Source: Peribolospora baueri
Lineage: Eukaryota
Assembly (NCBI GenBank): GCA_029717555.1
Contig: JAMDHS010000083.1
Span: forward strand, 1-64,000
Direction: 5' to 3'
DNA length: 64,000 nucleotides
The notes below the pieces were generated by a model. It was not told where the DNA came from and did no database searches. It saw nothing but the letters and a program-made list of their open reading frames with translations. The translations under genes and the position numbers were made by a program. Below, piece after piece: positions 25,049 to 39,193 of the stretch (positions within the stretch are counted from its first letter, which is position 1; every line of letters starts with the position of its first letter).

Positions 25049-27827
25049 CTACTCGATGTCGGGCAGCACGACCTCGACGACGGCGCTACGGCCTCCTTGG
25101 ACGGCCTCAACGGCCTTTCTGAGCACAGACTCGAGCATTTCCGGCTTGTCCACCTTTGCGCCCCAGCATTTGCCTTCCCCGCCAGCAGCGGCGACGGCCA
25201 CCGGTGCGTAACGGACGCGGAAGCCGTCGGTCTTGATGCCGAAGCCTACTCCGAGATCCTCCGCGGTAGTGCGGGAGGCATAACCATGCGGGTGGACCCC
25301 TATGGCGCTCAACTTGGGCGACTTCCAGCCGCCGTTGCAAAGGATCACTTGGAGGATCGGAGAGGACATGCGCGAGGAGAGAGCGTGGACGGCCGTCGGG
25401 ATGGAGAAGAGCCTGTGCGGGCGAAGGAAGGGAGAGGAGGAAGACGGAAGAGTCAGAGCTGAGCGCCGACGTTCCTTTCCGCATCCAGCCTTCTTCCGTG
25501 TGTGTTGTCCTCGATGCACCGACGCACCAACTGCCGTCTCCGCTGACGGTGCACACGATCGGCTTCTCATCATCCTCCTTGCCACCGCCGACTCGGAAGC
25601 CCTCCTTTTCGACTGCATAGCTCATCCCCACCGCCGCGCCGCCGTTCCACCCGAGACTGGTGGCACCGCTGGTGAACCATCTCCTAGGGTCTTTGGGAGC
25701 CAAGAAGTCGGCGGCGGGCTTGTAGTTACTGATTGCCTCGCTGCACAGGAGCCTGTTCTCAGGGAGCACCCGGGCGAGGGTGGAGAGCGCGAACGCCGGC
25801 GACACCGTGTCCGGGTGTTCAGCGTCCGACGCCTGTTCCACGCTCGACGCCTCGGCCAACTCCTTGACGCGTCGAGCGTGGCGAGAGACAAACTCTTCGC
25901 GCCGGCTCGCGAAGCGGGACTGCGCGGAGGTGGGGATGGACGGTGTCGTTTGGAGATGGGAGAGCAACTGCTGGATCGCGAGACGCGCAGAGGCCGTGTA
26001 GCGGTGCGACGCGGCGATGTAGAAGAGCGGCATGGCTGTGTGCGAGACAAACACGATAGACCGGAATGTTTGAGCGCAAAGATGCGAAAATCGGGAGCGG
26101 GCCCTCGCGAGGGGGTTCGAAATGGGTCAGAGATAAGAGGGGCATGGACCAGAGACGCACCCATCTTGAGCGGATCGATGTCGATGTGGATGATGGTCGC
26201 GCCTGGCGCGGGCTTATTCTCGGCCGGAATCCTAAGTCGACGTGAACGGCGATTGGAGAACGGCATCATCATGTCAGAGATTCGGATGGCTCGCTTGGTC
26301 CTCTCCGAACCCTCGGGGGAGCAAGTACCGGGTCTCACCAAGGAACGTCGGAATCGAGGACTAGAACAACGTCAGCCTTTGCGAGTAGTTCGTTCTGGCC
26401 GCCTGCGTTCCATTGATTGCCAGTGTACCAGATGTTGCTGGCCGGAAAGTTGCACCTGGAAGGTCCAAAGGGAAAGATAAGGAAAAGGGAGGACGCTTTA
26501 AAAAAGACGGAGGACAACCAAGGAGCTGACAGCCATCGCCGCATCTGCAGGGACGCTGACGCTCACCAGAACGGCGAAGCCTCCACGACGGGCAAGGCGA
26601 TCTGGTCGGAAAGCTTGACGAGAAGCTTGACGGCCTCTGGATCGCGACCTAGGACACTAGTTATGACGAGCGGATTCTCCGCCTCCACGAGCAGCTTGAC
26701 GAGCTCTGGCACGGCATCGGGCGGGAGCGCTGGCGAGGGGACGGGTTGCCAGTGGCGGAGATCGAGGTGCGGCGACCTGCGTCCTTTGGGCGCTGTCGTC
26801 GATTCAACCCACACCTCGTCCAGCTCGGTCTCCATCACCTCCCTTGCTCCGAAGAGGTACACGGGACCCTTGGGATCCGTCGTGGCGATCTGCAGCGCGC
26901 GGAGCGTCACTTGAGGGATGTTAGCGGCCGCGCGAAATTCGTACGTGTACTTGGAGTACTCGCGGACGATGTTCGGTTGCGCATGGTTGTCTTGTACTGT
27001 AAGGCAGCGCAACGACGCATGCATTGAGCTGTCAGTATGTACTCTGGTCTCTGAGCGAAAGTAAAAGGCTCTCGATGTCCATTGACAGGAAAGAAATAGG
27101 ACGCACTCCAATGAATGAACTCGTTCCTAGATCCTCTCATCTCTCCTTCTTGAGTGAGGGGCGTCAGGCCGGTGAAGACGAGGACAGGGATGCGAGCGCG
27201 AAAGAGGTTGTGCATCGACCCTCCCGCATTCTGGAGTCCACAGCTGATGATGATGGTACGTGAGCGTTGGACGAGGTCAGGGTCTTCAGCTGGCTGGAAC
27301 GCTCGCATCGACGAGATGGGAGGCGGGATAACGCTCACTCAACGTGCAGAATAACGGCGGCCACTCTACCCGTGGCTTGGTAGTAGCCTTGGGCCGCTGA
27401 CATGGCCACCATCTGACCCGCGACGGCGTGGACGAGAAGGGAGAAACGGCCGAGTGAGCAGTGCCGCTTTCTTCCACCTTGGACTCGTCCAAAGCAGCGC
27501 GGTTCGGGAGACGGAAGGACGGACCTCATGAGCGACGCCGACGACCTTGGGCAGCTTCCTTCCGGTGGCCTTGGCCTCGGCGAGCGCCTCAAGGAAGGAA
27601 GGGTGGTCCGAGCCGAGGTTGGCGAAGACGACGCTTAGGGAGCGGGCCGACGGGCGACGGGGCGAGAAGATCAAAGCAGGACGGGAAGGCGGCATGACGA
27701 GCGAAAGAGGAAAGCGAGCGGGTGAGAGGCGAAGGACATTGTGGAGACGCAAGACGACGGGCTGCACTTACCTGATGCCCCATTTCAAGAGCGTCTCGAG
27801 GAAGGCTGTCGTGGCCGTGTAGGGCAT
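25049..27827 (-). CDS. Thiamine-diphosphate-dependent enzyme (acetolactate synthase / benzoylformate decarboxylase-like)
   Basis: MPYTATTAFLETL, FANLGSDHP, catalytic AHE, GSRNEFIHW, KGPVYL, SLGWNGGAAVG and ThDP motif GDGSW...ILCNGGW. Confidence 0.9.
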
Positions 27828-29084
27828 CTTGGGTGCTGGCTGTTTCGCGGAAGGGGGTGAGCGTGGGGTCAGACGCCAAGTAGTGGTGAGCAAGCGTGGG
27901 CAGGCTGACGTTCGTCGATGGTGGTGAAGAGGTGAGAGCTCGTTGACGTCGATGCCCAACGGGCAGCCTAAGACGATATAAGGCTAACACCACCGACGTT
28001 CGCCCGCCTTTACCCCGCACTTGCTCCTCCATCTCTCCCCATCTTCCGCCTCTGCCGAGCGCCAACCGGAATCTGCGAGCCCACTCAAACATTCAAACAG
28101 GCACAGCAACGCTCACGCGACCCGCTGCCGAGCACGAGCGCACCATCGCAGCCTCTCTCAAGTCTTCTTTCCAGGGCGCATCTCTGCGGAAGGCAATCCT
28201 ACCCCGGAGAAACAGTCGCGCCGCGCCGAACATCCCAGGACGATCGGTTGAGCCGGACCGGACGCCGGCGGATAGGCGAGGTGATGGATGGCGATCGCTA
28301 TCAGACAAGATTGCCGACGTCGGTCTGTTTCGTCCGTATTATGTCGTCCATACACGCACCTCGCTGAGCACCAGCACGCTCGCGGCGACCGCGTACGTCG
28401 CGTGTATGCTGGACGAAGCCGCTGAGCTCCCCTCCTTCGTCCTATGCACAGCAAGCATGCACCAGCCTAGACGGGCCCTCGCTCGTGAAGGGGACGTCGT
28501 CCACGGCTCAACCGGGCCGCCGGGCGGCGTGATTCGTGGCGAGACAGCTTACACGACTTGGGATGGCACAGCAGCTCGTGAGCACCGATGGTCTCCATGT
28601 CCCAGCAGCGCGCACTGTCGCCGCAGGGCATAAAAGCAAGAAGGAACGGAGCGTTCCGATCGGACACCTTCCTCACACGGCTAAACCGCCATTCGAGATG
28701 ACGACGACGACGACGCTTTTCTCACCCTTTCCCTCCTTCTCTCAGAGTTCAGATGCTAGAATGGAGAACCCGTTCCGAATCGCTTGCCGACCAAAGCAGT
28801 TATGCCGACGATCGCCCTGCTCGCTACACCCCGAGTCGCCCATTCGTTCTTCCTCTCTCCAGCCCAACATCCGTACCGTTGGCAGAAATGAGGAGCAGCT
28901 CTTCGTCGGAGGACAGAACAGCGGGTGTGAACGCACAGAGGGATAAATGGGGATCGTCCTGCCGCTCCTTCGTCTTTTGTCTCCCATTCTTGCCCACCCT
29001 CCATCCAAAGCAGCGCTGGCTGCCGCCTTTTGAACGCTTCCTTCCTCTCCTTTAGGCCCACTCGACATACTACAGAAAGGAACC

Positions 29085-30935
29085 ATGCGTCTCCATCGTC
29101 CCTCCTTCCAGGCTCTCCTCAGCGCGTCATGCTTCTCCGCCGTGCTGGGCCAGATGGCAACCGCCGACGCACATGCGCATGCACGACCGCACCCCGACGG
29201 CGTGATCAACCTCCCACTGTCGCGCTTCAAGCGGGCCCCTTCTCCTGCTCAAGAGGCCGAGGGTGCCCCGGCTGTAGGCGCCCAAGTGGCGGACGGTACG
29301 ACGGAATCGGTCCCGTTGGCTGATTATCAGGACAAGTGAGGCGGACGGCCATGCAAATGGGCATGAACGGTAGGCGGACTCTCGTCCCGTCCGCTGTCGC
29401 TCACCCGCTCTCTTTCTTGCTCAGCCTCTACATCATCCCCGTCCAAATCGGCGACTCCAACCTTCACTTCCAGCTCGACTCGGGCTCCGCTGACCTGTGG
29501 AGCTTCACCTCTGACTGCTCGACCGAAGTGTGCAAGTCTTCGAACCAGCCCAAGTACTCGCCCTCCTCGTCTCTCAACGCAACCGAGTTACCGTACATAA
29601 TCCACTACGGCGCGGGCATCATGCCCACGTACGCCAATGGAACGGTCGGATATGAGAAGGTGCGTCTGCATCCATGTGTCTCGCCGGTCCCGGTCCGGTT
29701 CCACCGGGAGTTAAGATTTTTATTCCCCGCCTTTCCTCTCCTCTTGCGCCGCCTCCGGATAGGTCCGCCTCGGCAGCCTCGATATCCCCGACCAAGCGTT
29801 CGCGCAAGTGAGCTCGACGAACAACTCCATCGTCACTCGCGCTTCCGGCATCTGGGGTGTCGGCTTCCCCGAGGCGTCTGAGATCACTGGCGCCATCTTG
29901 GGCGTCCACGGCCGCGGCGATTGCGTATCGGCTCAAGATGACGAGCAGAACGACAAGAAGAGCTGCCCAGCGCCGAGTCGGGAGGAGAAGGTCAAGGCTA
30001 ACCCGTTCCTCGCCAGATTGGCAATGCAGGGCTTGCTCAAGGAACCCATGTTCAGCCTGTCTCTCGAGAGGGTGAGTCTGGTGCGACGTATCGCCGGCTG
30101 AGCCTCCGACTGACGGACGCTCGTCGATATATGATCTCATAGAATGATCCGGGGGAGGAGAACGCGTCGTCGCCTCAGACAAAGTCCGCCGGCCAGCTCA
30201 CGCTCGGCGGCCTGCCCACGACCGTCGCCAACTCGTCGCTCACCTGGCTCCCTCTCGTCTACTCCTCCGAGACGGGCTCGCCAGGCTACTGGGGCGTGCC
30301 CATCGAAGGCGCCTCGCTCAATGGCTCGCCACTGCCGATGCCGCCTGCAAACTCGGACAAGACTCCGCCGACGGCAGTTATCGACAGCGGCACCTCCTTC
30401 GCCCTCTTTCCGCCCGTCACCTTCGCAGCTCTGCTGGAGCGAATGCCTTCGTACGATCCCAAGACGGGCCTCGGGCCTTGCGACGACCTCGGACATTGGG
30501 ATCTAAGCTTCCGCTTCGCCGGTAAGGACTTCCACGTCGACCCTGCCGACTTGGTGGAGGATGCGCAGCAGAAGGACGACCGCGGCCGGCCGCTTTGTTA
30601 CCCCAAGTTTACCGCCGCGAACGAGTACGACGCCGACAAGCAGGCGTTCAACTTTCTCCTCGGCGACAGTGAGTGACTGCCGAACAGAACGAGCGGCCAG
30701 GAAGGACCGTCGGATGGAGCCTGGAAAGCGGATTTTGGCAAGCTATCGTTCCGATGACTGACTTCGCCCTCTACAACCCCCGCCTCTTCTCTTCTCTTCT
30801 CACGACCCACTATCAGCCTTCATGAAGAACGTCCTCACCGCCTTCTACTACGGCGACCTGCACAGCCCTCAGAACGACCCGCCACGCCTCGGCATGCTCT
30901 CTCTCACCCCGCCTCCGAGACAGCTCAGGTGGTGA
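29085..30935 (+). CDS. Secreted pepsin-like aspartic protease (A1)
   Basis: Signal-peptide-like N-terminus, catalytic LDSGSADLW and IDSGTS, flap IHYG, GIWGVGF, FLLGDTFMKN. Four introns. Confidence 0.92.
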
Positions 30936-31219
30936 TGACCGCGCTACACCCGACCTAAACCGGCCCATGGAATGGATGGACGGCGCGAAAGTGGAACGGA
31001 AGGACTATAATAGACTTTGGATGTACGGGCCAGCTCCCTCTTCGCTTGTTACCCCTTTGTCCTCCCATGCGCATACGATTCGATGCGATGCGAAAGACGG
31101 ATGAAATGTTTTCGAGACAGTTCGATCGTCATACCAATACACGCGTACAATCAGACGGCGTTGAAGGGAGGAAGGAAGGGGTGGAGACACGCGGCGGAGA
31201 GCCAAATAGAGTTGGGTGA

Positions 31220-32086
31220 TCAGGCAGTGTTTCGCAGAACTGAGCGTGACCGGAAACAGAGTGTCAGTTAAATCGAAGAGCAAAAAAAAGGGCCCATATT
31301 GAGACGAGGAGAGGAAGGAAGGCTCACCCAACACGACAGAATCACCGCTGAAGGACGGAGGCAGGATGAGAGGAGAAAAATGCAGACAAAGTCATGTCAG
31401 CCGGACGCCACAGCGCGCGTGCCTCAGGCGCGCGAGCGGCCGACCGGATGGCAGCGCATAACGATAAGCACAAAGACTCACCGCAAGAACATCTTGCTGA
31501 TAAACCGATCCTTGTTTACCGGCTTCTTGTTCTTCCCCTTCGGGACCTCCGTCCACATCTAAATGGGATGGTGAACGGGTACACATGTGCCGGATCGCAA
31601 CGGGGCGAGACAGATGAGGGAAAGGAAGCGAGAAAACATTGCCGAGGGATCAGCGGCGGAACACGGCCATAGGGAATGCGGGCTAGTTGAGAGCCTTCCG
31701 TCTCTCCTCCATCAGGGTGTGGAGAAAACGCGACTGGACGCCCTGTCCTGTTCCGTGCCAATGCCGCCCAGGCGCCATCTAAGCGCGCTCACCTCCTTTA
31801 CGTTCTCCAACACCATGTTGGAATGCCGATCAAATGCCTTGACCCTGGCCAAAAGCTTCTTGTTGTTGCGCAGAGAGATGAGGATCTGTGTGTGGTTGCG
31901 GACCGACTGCTGGAGAACGCTCAAGGGACCTTGGCCGATCTCGTACTCCTCCAGCTGTCGGATCTCGGCCTCAGTGAGCTCGGACTTGGGCACGTTTACG
32001 TATTGGCTGTGGGGGAAGGGAAAAAAATAAGTGCCGAGAAGGAAACAAGTGGATGCTTGCGAGAGGAGGAACGGGACGCACCTCAT
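31220..32086 (-). CDS. SMD2: snRNP core protein Sm D2
   Basis: [12 protein letters not shown]...[50 protein letters not shown]...[23 protein letters not shown]. Confidence 0.96.
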
Positions 32087-32937
32087 TTTGCGCCGTCTTG
32101 GTGTCGCCGGGATGATGATGGTGCTCGACGAGAACAAGAATGACGATCGCCCCGGACGTTGTGCAGAATCGCGTCCTATTCGGTCACGTGACTGCGTTCG
32201 AGGTGCAAGCCAGGCCGTGAGAGGCGGGCGGCAGAAGACATTAAGACAGAAAGACGGGCAGTGGAAGGAAGTTTCAGTACTGCTCCCATCTATTCCATGG
32301 CTGCCGCCTGTTGAACCATTTGTGGGCTCCTTCTTGCATTGTCCACATCTTACGAGGGCATGTGTTATGAGAGAATTCATGCTCCCTTATAGATACGGCG
32401 CCACCATCACCCTCCGCCCTTACACGGTGGAGGGGCTCAACGAGGAAACTCTGCCAATCTCTCCCCGAGTTTGCACAGGCGCCATGGGAAGCAACCACCT
32501 TCGCAATCCATAACCACCTACAACCGTCAACGAAGCCGCCTCGCAGGAGCGCTTTCAACATGCAGCTCGAACATGTTGAATGGCCACCATGCTTGAGCCA
32601 CACGTGGCCACCCGTTGGCCACCTATCTCGCCGTGTCAAAGGATCCGGGGCAGCACCCACCTCACCTCGTGCCGTCCGCGCGAAACGTCCTTGCCGTCAC
32701 GTCGCCTGACTCGCACTCTTCGGATCTCGGCTGTCCGACACACGATGAAGCGAACGGAAATCCATACATCGCGACGTACATCGCGTAGATCGATACATAC
32801 GATACAACCTGGCGAAGGAGAAACCTGAAGCCTGACCTCAACGAAAAGAAGACAGACAAGACGAAGAAAGGACGGGATCAAGAGGAGTGTATGTAAAGGC
32901 TGTGAGAAGACTCGACCGTCCGATGACGGCTCGATGC

Positions 32938-33786
32938 TTAGGCGGAACCGCTGTCCAACGGACAAGAATTTAGAGTTGAGTCAGTTAGGGCAGTGGGACG
33001 CTTGGCACGTGCGCCTCCGGTTGGCGGTTACTCACAAACCGTAGAGGGTGCGGCCCTGCCTCTTGAGCGCGTAGACCACGTCGAGGGCGGTGACTAGAAA
33101 AGTAATGTTGACGAGGCGGGAGAGAGATGAGCAGCTGGGTCAGCAACAAGGCGCTCAAGTGGAACCGTAGGGGTTCTAGACACGTCGCAAGGAGAATCGG
33201 TTCCAAAAGAGCTCTCCACTAGACCCACCGGTCTTGCGCTTGGCGTGCTCAGTGTAGGTGACAGAGTCGCGGATGACCGACTCGAGGAAGAGCTTGAGAA
33301 CGCCACGGGTCTCGTCATAGCTGAGGCGAGGGAGAAGAAGAAACGCGACGACGACGCGTTGGGGATGAGCATGTACTCGGCGGAAATTTCCGATGCGAAG
33401 GTAGACGACGGAGGCGAAGGAGAGACTCACATCAGACCGGAGATACGCTTGACACCGCCACGACGAGCGAGACGGCGGATAGCGGGTTTGGTGATACCCT
33501 GGATGTTGTCACGAAGGATCTGTGATGTTCGTAAAGTTGACGACGCGAGCAAGAGAGATGGGAGATGAGCGAGCATGAAGGAAGGCATAGTGAGCGCGAC
33601 AGAAGGAGACACGAACGAGGGACGCCCGGCTAGCGGTCACGCCGGAGCGCCAGGTCGTATCGACACGTTCGATCACCCTCCGGTGCTTGCTCGACGTCGC
33701 TGACGAGGATGAGGTTCACTCACCTTGCGGTGACGCTTGGCGCCGCCCTTGCCAAGGCCCTTACCACCCTTACCGCGACCGGACAT
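32938..33786 (-). CDS. HHF: Histone H4 (copy 2, 4 introns)
   Basis: Same protein as copy 1 after splicing. Introns fall after RHRK, in SGLI, at KT|V and in GF. Confidence 0.97.
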
Positions 33787-35781
33787 GCTGAAAGAGATCG
33801 AAGGTGTGAGAGAGACGAAAGTGAACGCGGGTAGATGTCCGCTGGGCTCCTGCTGGCGGCGGCTGGTGGTGGTGGTGAGGAAGGGAACACGACCGTCGGA
33901 CGCGGCGTCTATTTATTATCCCGATCGCGACGCGCGCCGAGTTCGATCTGCCAAGACGACGCGAGCCCTCTTTCCTCCCACGTGAGGGAGCGGAATCAAG
34001 CGATTGGTATCCGCTCCCCAATGATCTGCTACAGAGTAAGGCTTCAAGACATCAGGGCATGCGAGGTATATCGTCAACTCGTGATGGGTGATCGAGGAGC
34101 CCGAATGTTGTCGTGCACGGGCAGGGGGGAGGCGAGAGGAAAACGAACGAAGCGCAACGCGTGTCCGTCTCATGAAACCGATACCAGCTTTGGCTGTTGT
34201 GAGACCTCCTCTGCAAGTCCAACAGCCGACTCTCCTGTTTCTGCTCAAGCACGGCAAAGCCTCGAGGTCGACGTTTGGTTCTGGCAGGTCATTAGTGGCC
34301 TGAGGGGCGGCATAGAGCGTTTCTCGCAGAGCCGGAGAGTGAATCGATGACAGTAGGCTATTTGGACCATGACTAGCGTGGGGAGGGGGACATGAGTGAG
34401 GATCTCCATGGAAGCATATAGTTTCCAACGCTGAAGCGCCAGAGTCGAGTCGCGACGGTGGGGGCCATCCTCTACGCGCCTGTGGTTGGCGGCGACGCCT
34501 CTCTCGGCATCTTTGTTCGTCGAAGTAAGGGTTACGGATGGAGGGACGGCCGTCTTGTCTCCTTGAATGGGAAAGCTATGAAGCGGAGTCTGTTCATCGT
34601 TTTGGCGCCCATATTTGGGATGTCCCGGACGGAAGGATGGCACACACGTGCATACGCTCGGCCTCGACGACGGCGCCGTCGACGAGTTGGACCTCGTCGT
34701 CGGACACGGCGTCCCTCGTCCGTCAGGACGAGGAGCGGCAAATGCGGATGGAGGGCCTGTAGCCGTGATGGCGCCGCGCCGATGCTTGGGCCGAGGAAGC
34801 GTCGTGCGTCTGCGTCTGGGCGGCGGACATGGCAGCGGAGGAGGCGCGGAACAAAGGGTAAGGGAGAAGAGAGCGCATCGTCTGGGAACGCGACAAGACT
34901 TGGAGTAAGCTGTATGGAGTGAGAATAAGTGATACAACTATGCACCACACATCGTCTAGAGATAGGAGGATGGCGAGCAGAGGAAGAGAAGAGGACGAGG
35001 CGCAAAACAGCAAAAGTAAGTCGGTTCGTGCGACGGGAATCTCATCGTCCGCGTCGTAGGTGACGCCTTCTTAGCTGGTCGATGCAGCTCAGTGCAACGC
35101 AACACAACCACGACTCTTTCCGGCGACGTTGCTGGGTTGACTTGGGAATCCGTGGTAAAATGACGATTTCTAGAGCCGTCGAGTCGAGTCGATCGTCACT
35201 TAAGGTCAGTACGTAGGCGAGGTCCGTCACCGTTCAATTACAGTGCAGTTACGCTCTGCCATCCGCCAGCATGAACGCACGCTTGCCTGTTCCCTGCGGT
35301 CGAATCTGGACAAGCTGATGAAGCTCATTCCGACGCTGGCGAGCGGGCAGAATAAGCAGACGTGCGAGGTTGGACGCAGAGATGGGAGAGAGCGACATGC
35401 ATGACGTCCGCCGTGCTTGCCGCAGCTCAGTTCAGAGGGCACCGCAGCACAAACCTCGACTTCCGTTGGATTCCCTCAAGAAATACGCGAGGACGGTGAC
35501 CGACGGCATGTATGACGACTTGTAGACCCACGGCGACGAACGACTGAGTGAGTGGCTGATTGACGGCTGGTTGTGTGTATGTACCGAGAAGAGAGCGACC
35601 ACAGCACAACGCCTCGGGTCTCATTGACCCTCACCGCGGTCCGTCTGTCTACGAACGCCACGCAGACATCATCCTTGCCGCCAGGGCCGTCGCCCCCAGT
35701 CTCCCACTCCCCTCCATCGCCATGCTACATCATCACCAGACCACAGCCCTTCTGCATTCATTCTACATCCCCTCACCCACA

Positions 35782-37997
35782 TCACAGACCAGGGGGAGCG
35801 CCGTTGGCTCCGCCGGCCAGGCCTCCAGGGACGCCTTCCCAGAGGCCATACTTTTTTCCGGGGTACGTCTGCCACAGCCGGATCGTTCCTGGACACACCG
35901 CGAGAGGAGAGAACAATGTCAACGGAGGAAAGAAGACGAGCAGATCGAAGAGGCTTGACGGCTCACCATCCTCTGGAAAACGCGGACGAACGAGAAGACC
36001 ACATTGGAGGGACAGATAAGTGACTTCAATCCTCCTGACTACTACACCAAGAACTCGGCCCATCTCAAACCGAGACCACAGACTCACCACTCCCGGTGGC
36101 GCCCACCTCCCCATCGGGGCTATAACTAACGCAGTGCACGGGCCCGTGGTGCCCTTTGTGCAGCTCCCTCTCCACGCCCGTCTCGTAGTCGTATATCCGC
36201 ACCCACCCGTCGCCCACGCTGCCCGCAATGAACCGGTCCGCCAGCGTCGGGTGCAGCGAGGCCGACGAGGGCGCCTGCGGGAGCGTCCACTTGCGTCGGA
36301 TTTGGCGGCTGATTCGGAGAGAAAGGGAAGACGCCGGCGGGGTCAGCGACGTACGAAAAGGGACAAAGCGAGCCGAATCGGTACGCCTTTGTCGTCGGGG
36401 GCTCAGAGAGCCAGCTCACCTCTCCGCGTCAATGAACAAAACGTCCTTTCCTGTCGTGACCGTCAAAATCTCGCCAAAGGCGGGACCAGAAGAGCGCTCC
36501 ATTGAGGTGATCGGATCTGGAAGGACCATCTCGTGTGTCATCGCTTGCGTTCGCAGGTCCCACCATCTTCGAAAGGGTAAAGGATGTAGGGACCGGCGGA
36601 AAGAGGTAGGGAGAATGGGATGAATCGGTGTGCCCACAGCCGTGGACAGATAGGAGAAAAAGAAGACGAAAGAAAAGTGAGTGACCAAGCGACGACGCTC
36701 GCACCAGCTCGATCGACCGCTGTTTCGTCCATAACCCGCAGCACCGTCCTTGAACGTCGACCTTGGTCTCGGCTCCTGGGACCGTCACTCTCGCGTAAAC
36801 CACGAAACCCTCCCACGCACCTAATTGCTTTATCCTCCCCAGCGCTCACCGCACTCCTCCCCTCGTTCGCCCCTCTCTCCCACACGACCGACTTGATCGT
36901 CCCACTGTGCGCCAATCCTCCCGCTGCCGTCGCTCCATTCGTACCGGGAGCACCGACCGCAGCGCCGCCCGCAGCGCCACCGCCGCCGGAAGAAGAAGCC
37001 GGGTTGAAAAAGAGCACGGGATCGGCGTCCGGCCTGTTCAAATCGAACAGTCTAAGCTTCTTCTCGTGCCCGCCAGTGAGGATGCGATCCCCGGCCGTGG
37101 AGATGGCGACGGTCCGAACAATGTGCTCGTGGGAGAAGGTGTGCAAAGGAGCGCCAGTGTATGTGTCCCAGACCTTGCTGTGGATGGAAGAAGATTAGAG
37201 GAGGAAGCAAAACGCGGGGAGCGTACGACTGAGCGGATGAGATCTAGGAATACGGAAACCAACGCTCCCGGGTGACGTTTTTCTCACGCGGTGAAGTCTG
37301 CACTGCCAGTCACCGCCCTGGCAGCGTCTCCTCCTGAAAGCTTGGCGCTCCACACGGCTCCCTTGTGTCCTAATTGTCGAGGGGAAGGGCAAGTTGTAGC
37401 GGAGCGTTGAGATTGAAGTACGAGGAATGGCGACTGAGCCGGTGTTGCTGGATTCCACCTCCAGGAGGCAAATGGGCTGAATGCCACTTACCGATGAAGG
37501 TTCCAATCCAGTCGCCCAACCAATCCCGAAGCCTGACGGAACGAATGAGCAGGTTCAGAAGGCGAAGACACAGAGCGCAGAAAGTCGAAAGATAAGCAAT
37601 AAAGGAATGAGTTCTCCAGCAATGAAGCCGTATGAAAAGGCTCTAGAAACAAAGACAGGACAAACGCACATTGGATTGCCGTCCTTGCAGCTGCTGAGCA
37701 AGAGGTAAGTGCCGTCATCCTGAAGACCGGAGAACTCGAGGTGGACGACTGGACGCGTGTGACCGGAGCAAGTGAGGGGGATCGCTTTCTGAAGACGTCC
37801 GATGAATGTATATGAGCGAGGGAGTCGCCGTTCGGTCGAGCATGAGCACCAAGCGACAGCGAGAGTAGTCACGCGAGCGACACGCCACGAGCGATCAAAA
37901 GCTTGTACGAGCATTCAGTCTACTCATCGCAAACCTGGGGGCCACTCACCCTTGGGACAGGAGCGGGAGAAGGAGAGGCGGAGACAACAGAAGACAT
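35782..37997 (-). CDS. WD40 protein, STRAP/Unrip-like
   Basis: IPLTCSGHTRPVVHL, SSCKDGNPMLRDW.GDWIGTFIGHKGAVWS, TGSADFTA, HEHIVRTV, GGHEKKLRLFDL and SEDGTIRLWQT. Confidence 0.9.
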
Positions 37998-39193
37998 GAC
38001 GGCCGGCGTGCTGGGTGCGCTGCGTAGGGGCTTGTGGCTTTGGTTGTTCAGGTGGAGGCAAGTAGAGAGGCCGCGGGCGGACTCGTAGATAGGTCGGGGG
38101 CGAAAGGATAGGGGGTGACGAAGAGGAAAAGAACAAGGCCAGAAAAAAGTGGAAGGCGGGGAAGAGGACGATGGGAGCGAACGTGGATACAGGGAGATGC
38201 GGCGGGCGTACAGGAGGGGTGATGGTCGCGCTTGCGCCTGTGCGAGCGGGTCCGATGGGGCCTCGAGTCGAGTGCAGGAGAAGCGGGAAGGAGAGAGGAA
38301 GAAAGGTTGCCCAAATTACACGGCAAGGAGGTGGAGGAGAAAGAAGAGAGGGCGGTGGGAGGAAGAGGAAGAAGTGAAAGGCGAGCGTTGACCGACGAGG
38401 ATGGGGGATAGGGATGGAGGAAGAGGAAGAAGATGGCGGTCGTCGACAGGCCCGACTGGCTCTGCTTGACGTTTGGTCACGTGCCTACCCGGCGACAGCG
38501 CACAAGCTCCGCCGCCGCGCCACGTCCGCCACAGGTGCGACGAGCATCTCTTCTTGGCTGCACTGTCGGTCGGCCAGCAACAATCTATCTTACCCTTGAC
38601 CAACTTGTGTAGCTACCCGGCGAGGGGGAGAGAGCAAGTGGCGCATCGAACCAACGCCGCTGGAGAGCGACCGTGTTGCGGTCAATGAAAGTCGCCCAGC
38701 CGTTTCGTTGACTTGACGCGATACGACTGACCCCGTCCAGCGCTGACTTAACACACCGAACAAAACCACGTCTTGCGCTCCTTCCTCACCTACCGTCGTC
38801 CATATGTTACCCCTTCCCTTCTCGCCCCACCGCCGCGTCAGGGGTCCCGCCTCGACCTTCCCCGCAGACTTCTCCACGCCCCCGCCCCGCCCCGCTTCTG
38901 GTGCCCCGTTGCTGCTGTAGAGCCAGCCCAAGAGCACGCCTAGGTTACTGTACTGCTTTCCTACGTATTATGCACCCCTCGCACGAGTCGAGCAAGTAAG
39001 TCGACGGAGCTCGACCCATGGTTGTGAGCTATCATTCTCCCGACTTCCATCTCCCGCCTCGCTCCAGCACCAGCGTACTCTACCCCGCCGATCTCAAGTG
39101 CGACCTTTACGACCCTGGGCTTTTACCCCAGCCCGATCTCGACGTCATACGCCCTCGAACGCGGAGACAAATTCAGAACAAAAGCAAACAATA

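Noticed and set aside
25049..28100. TPP riboswitch in or near the ThDP enzyme gene
   Set aside because: No conserved aptamer core found in the introns or 5' region.
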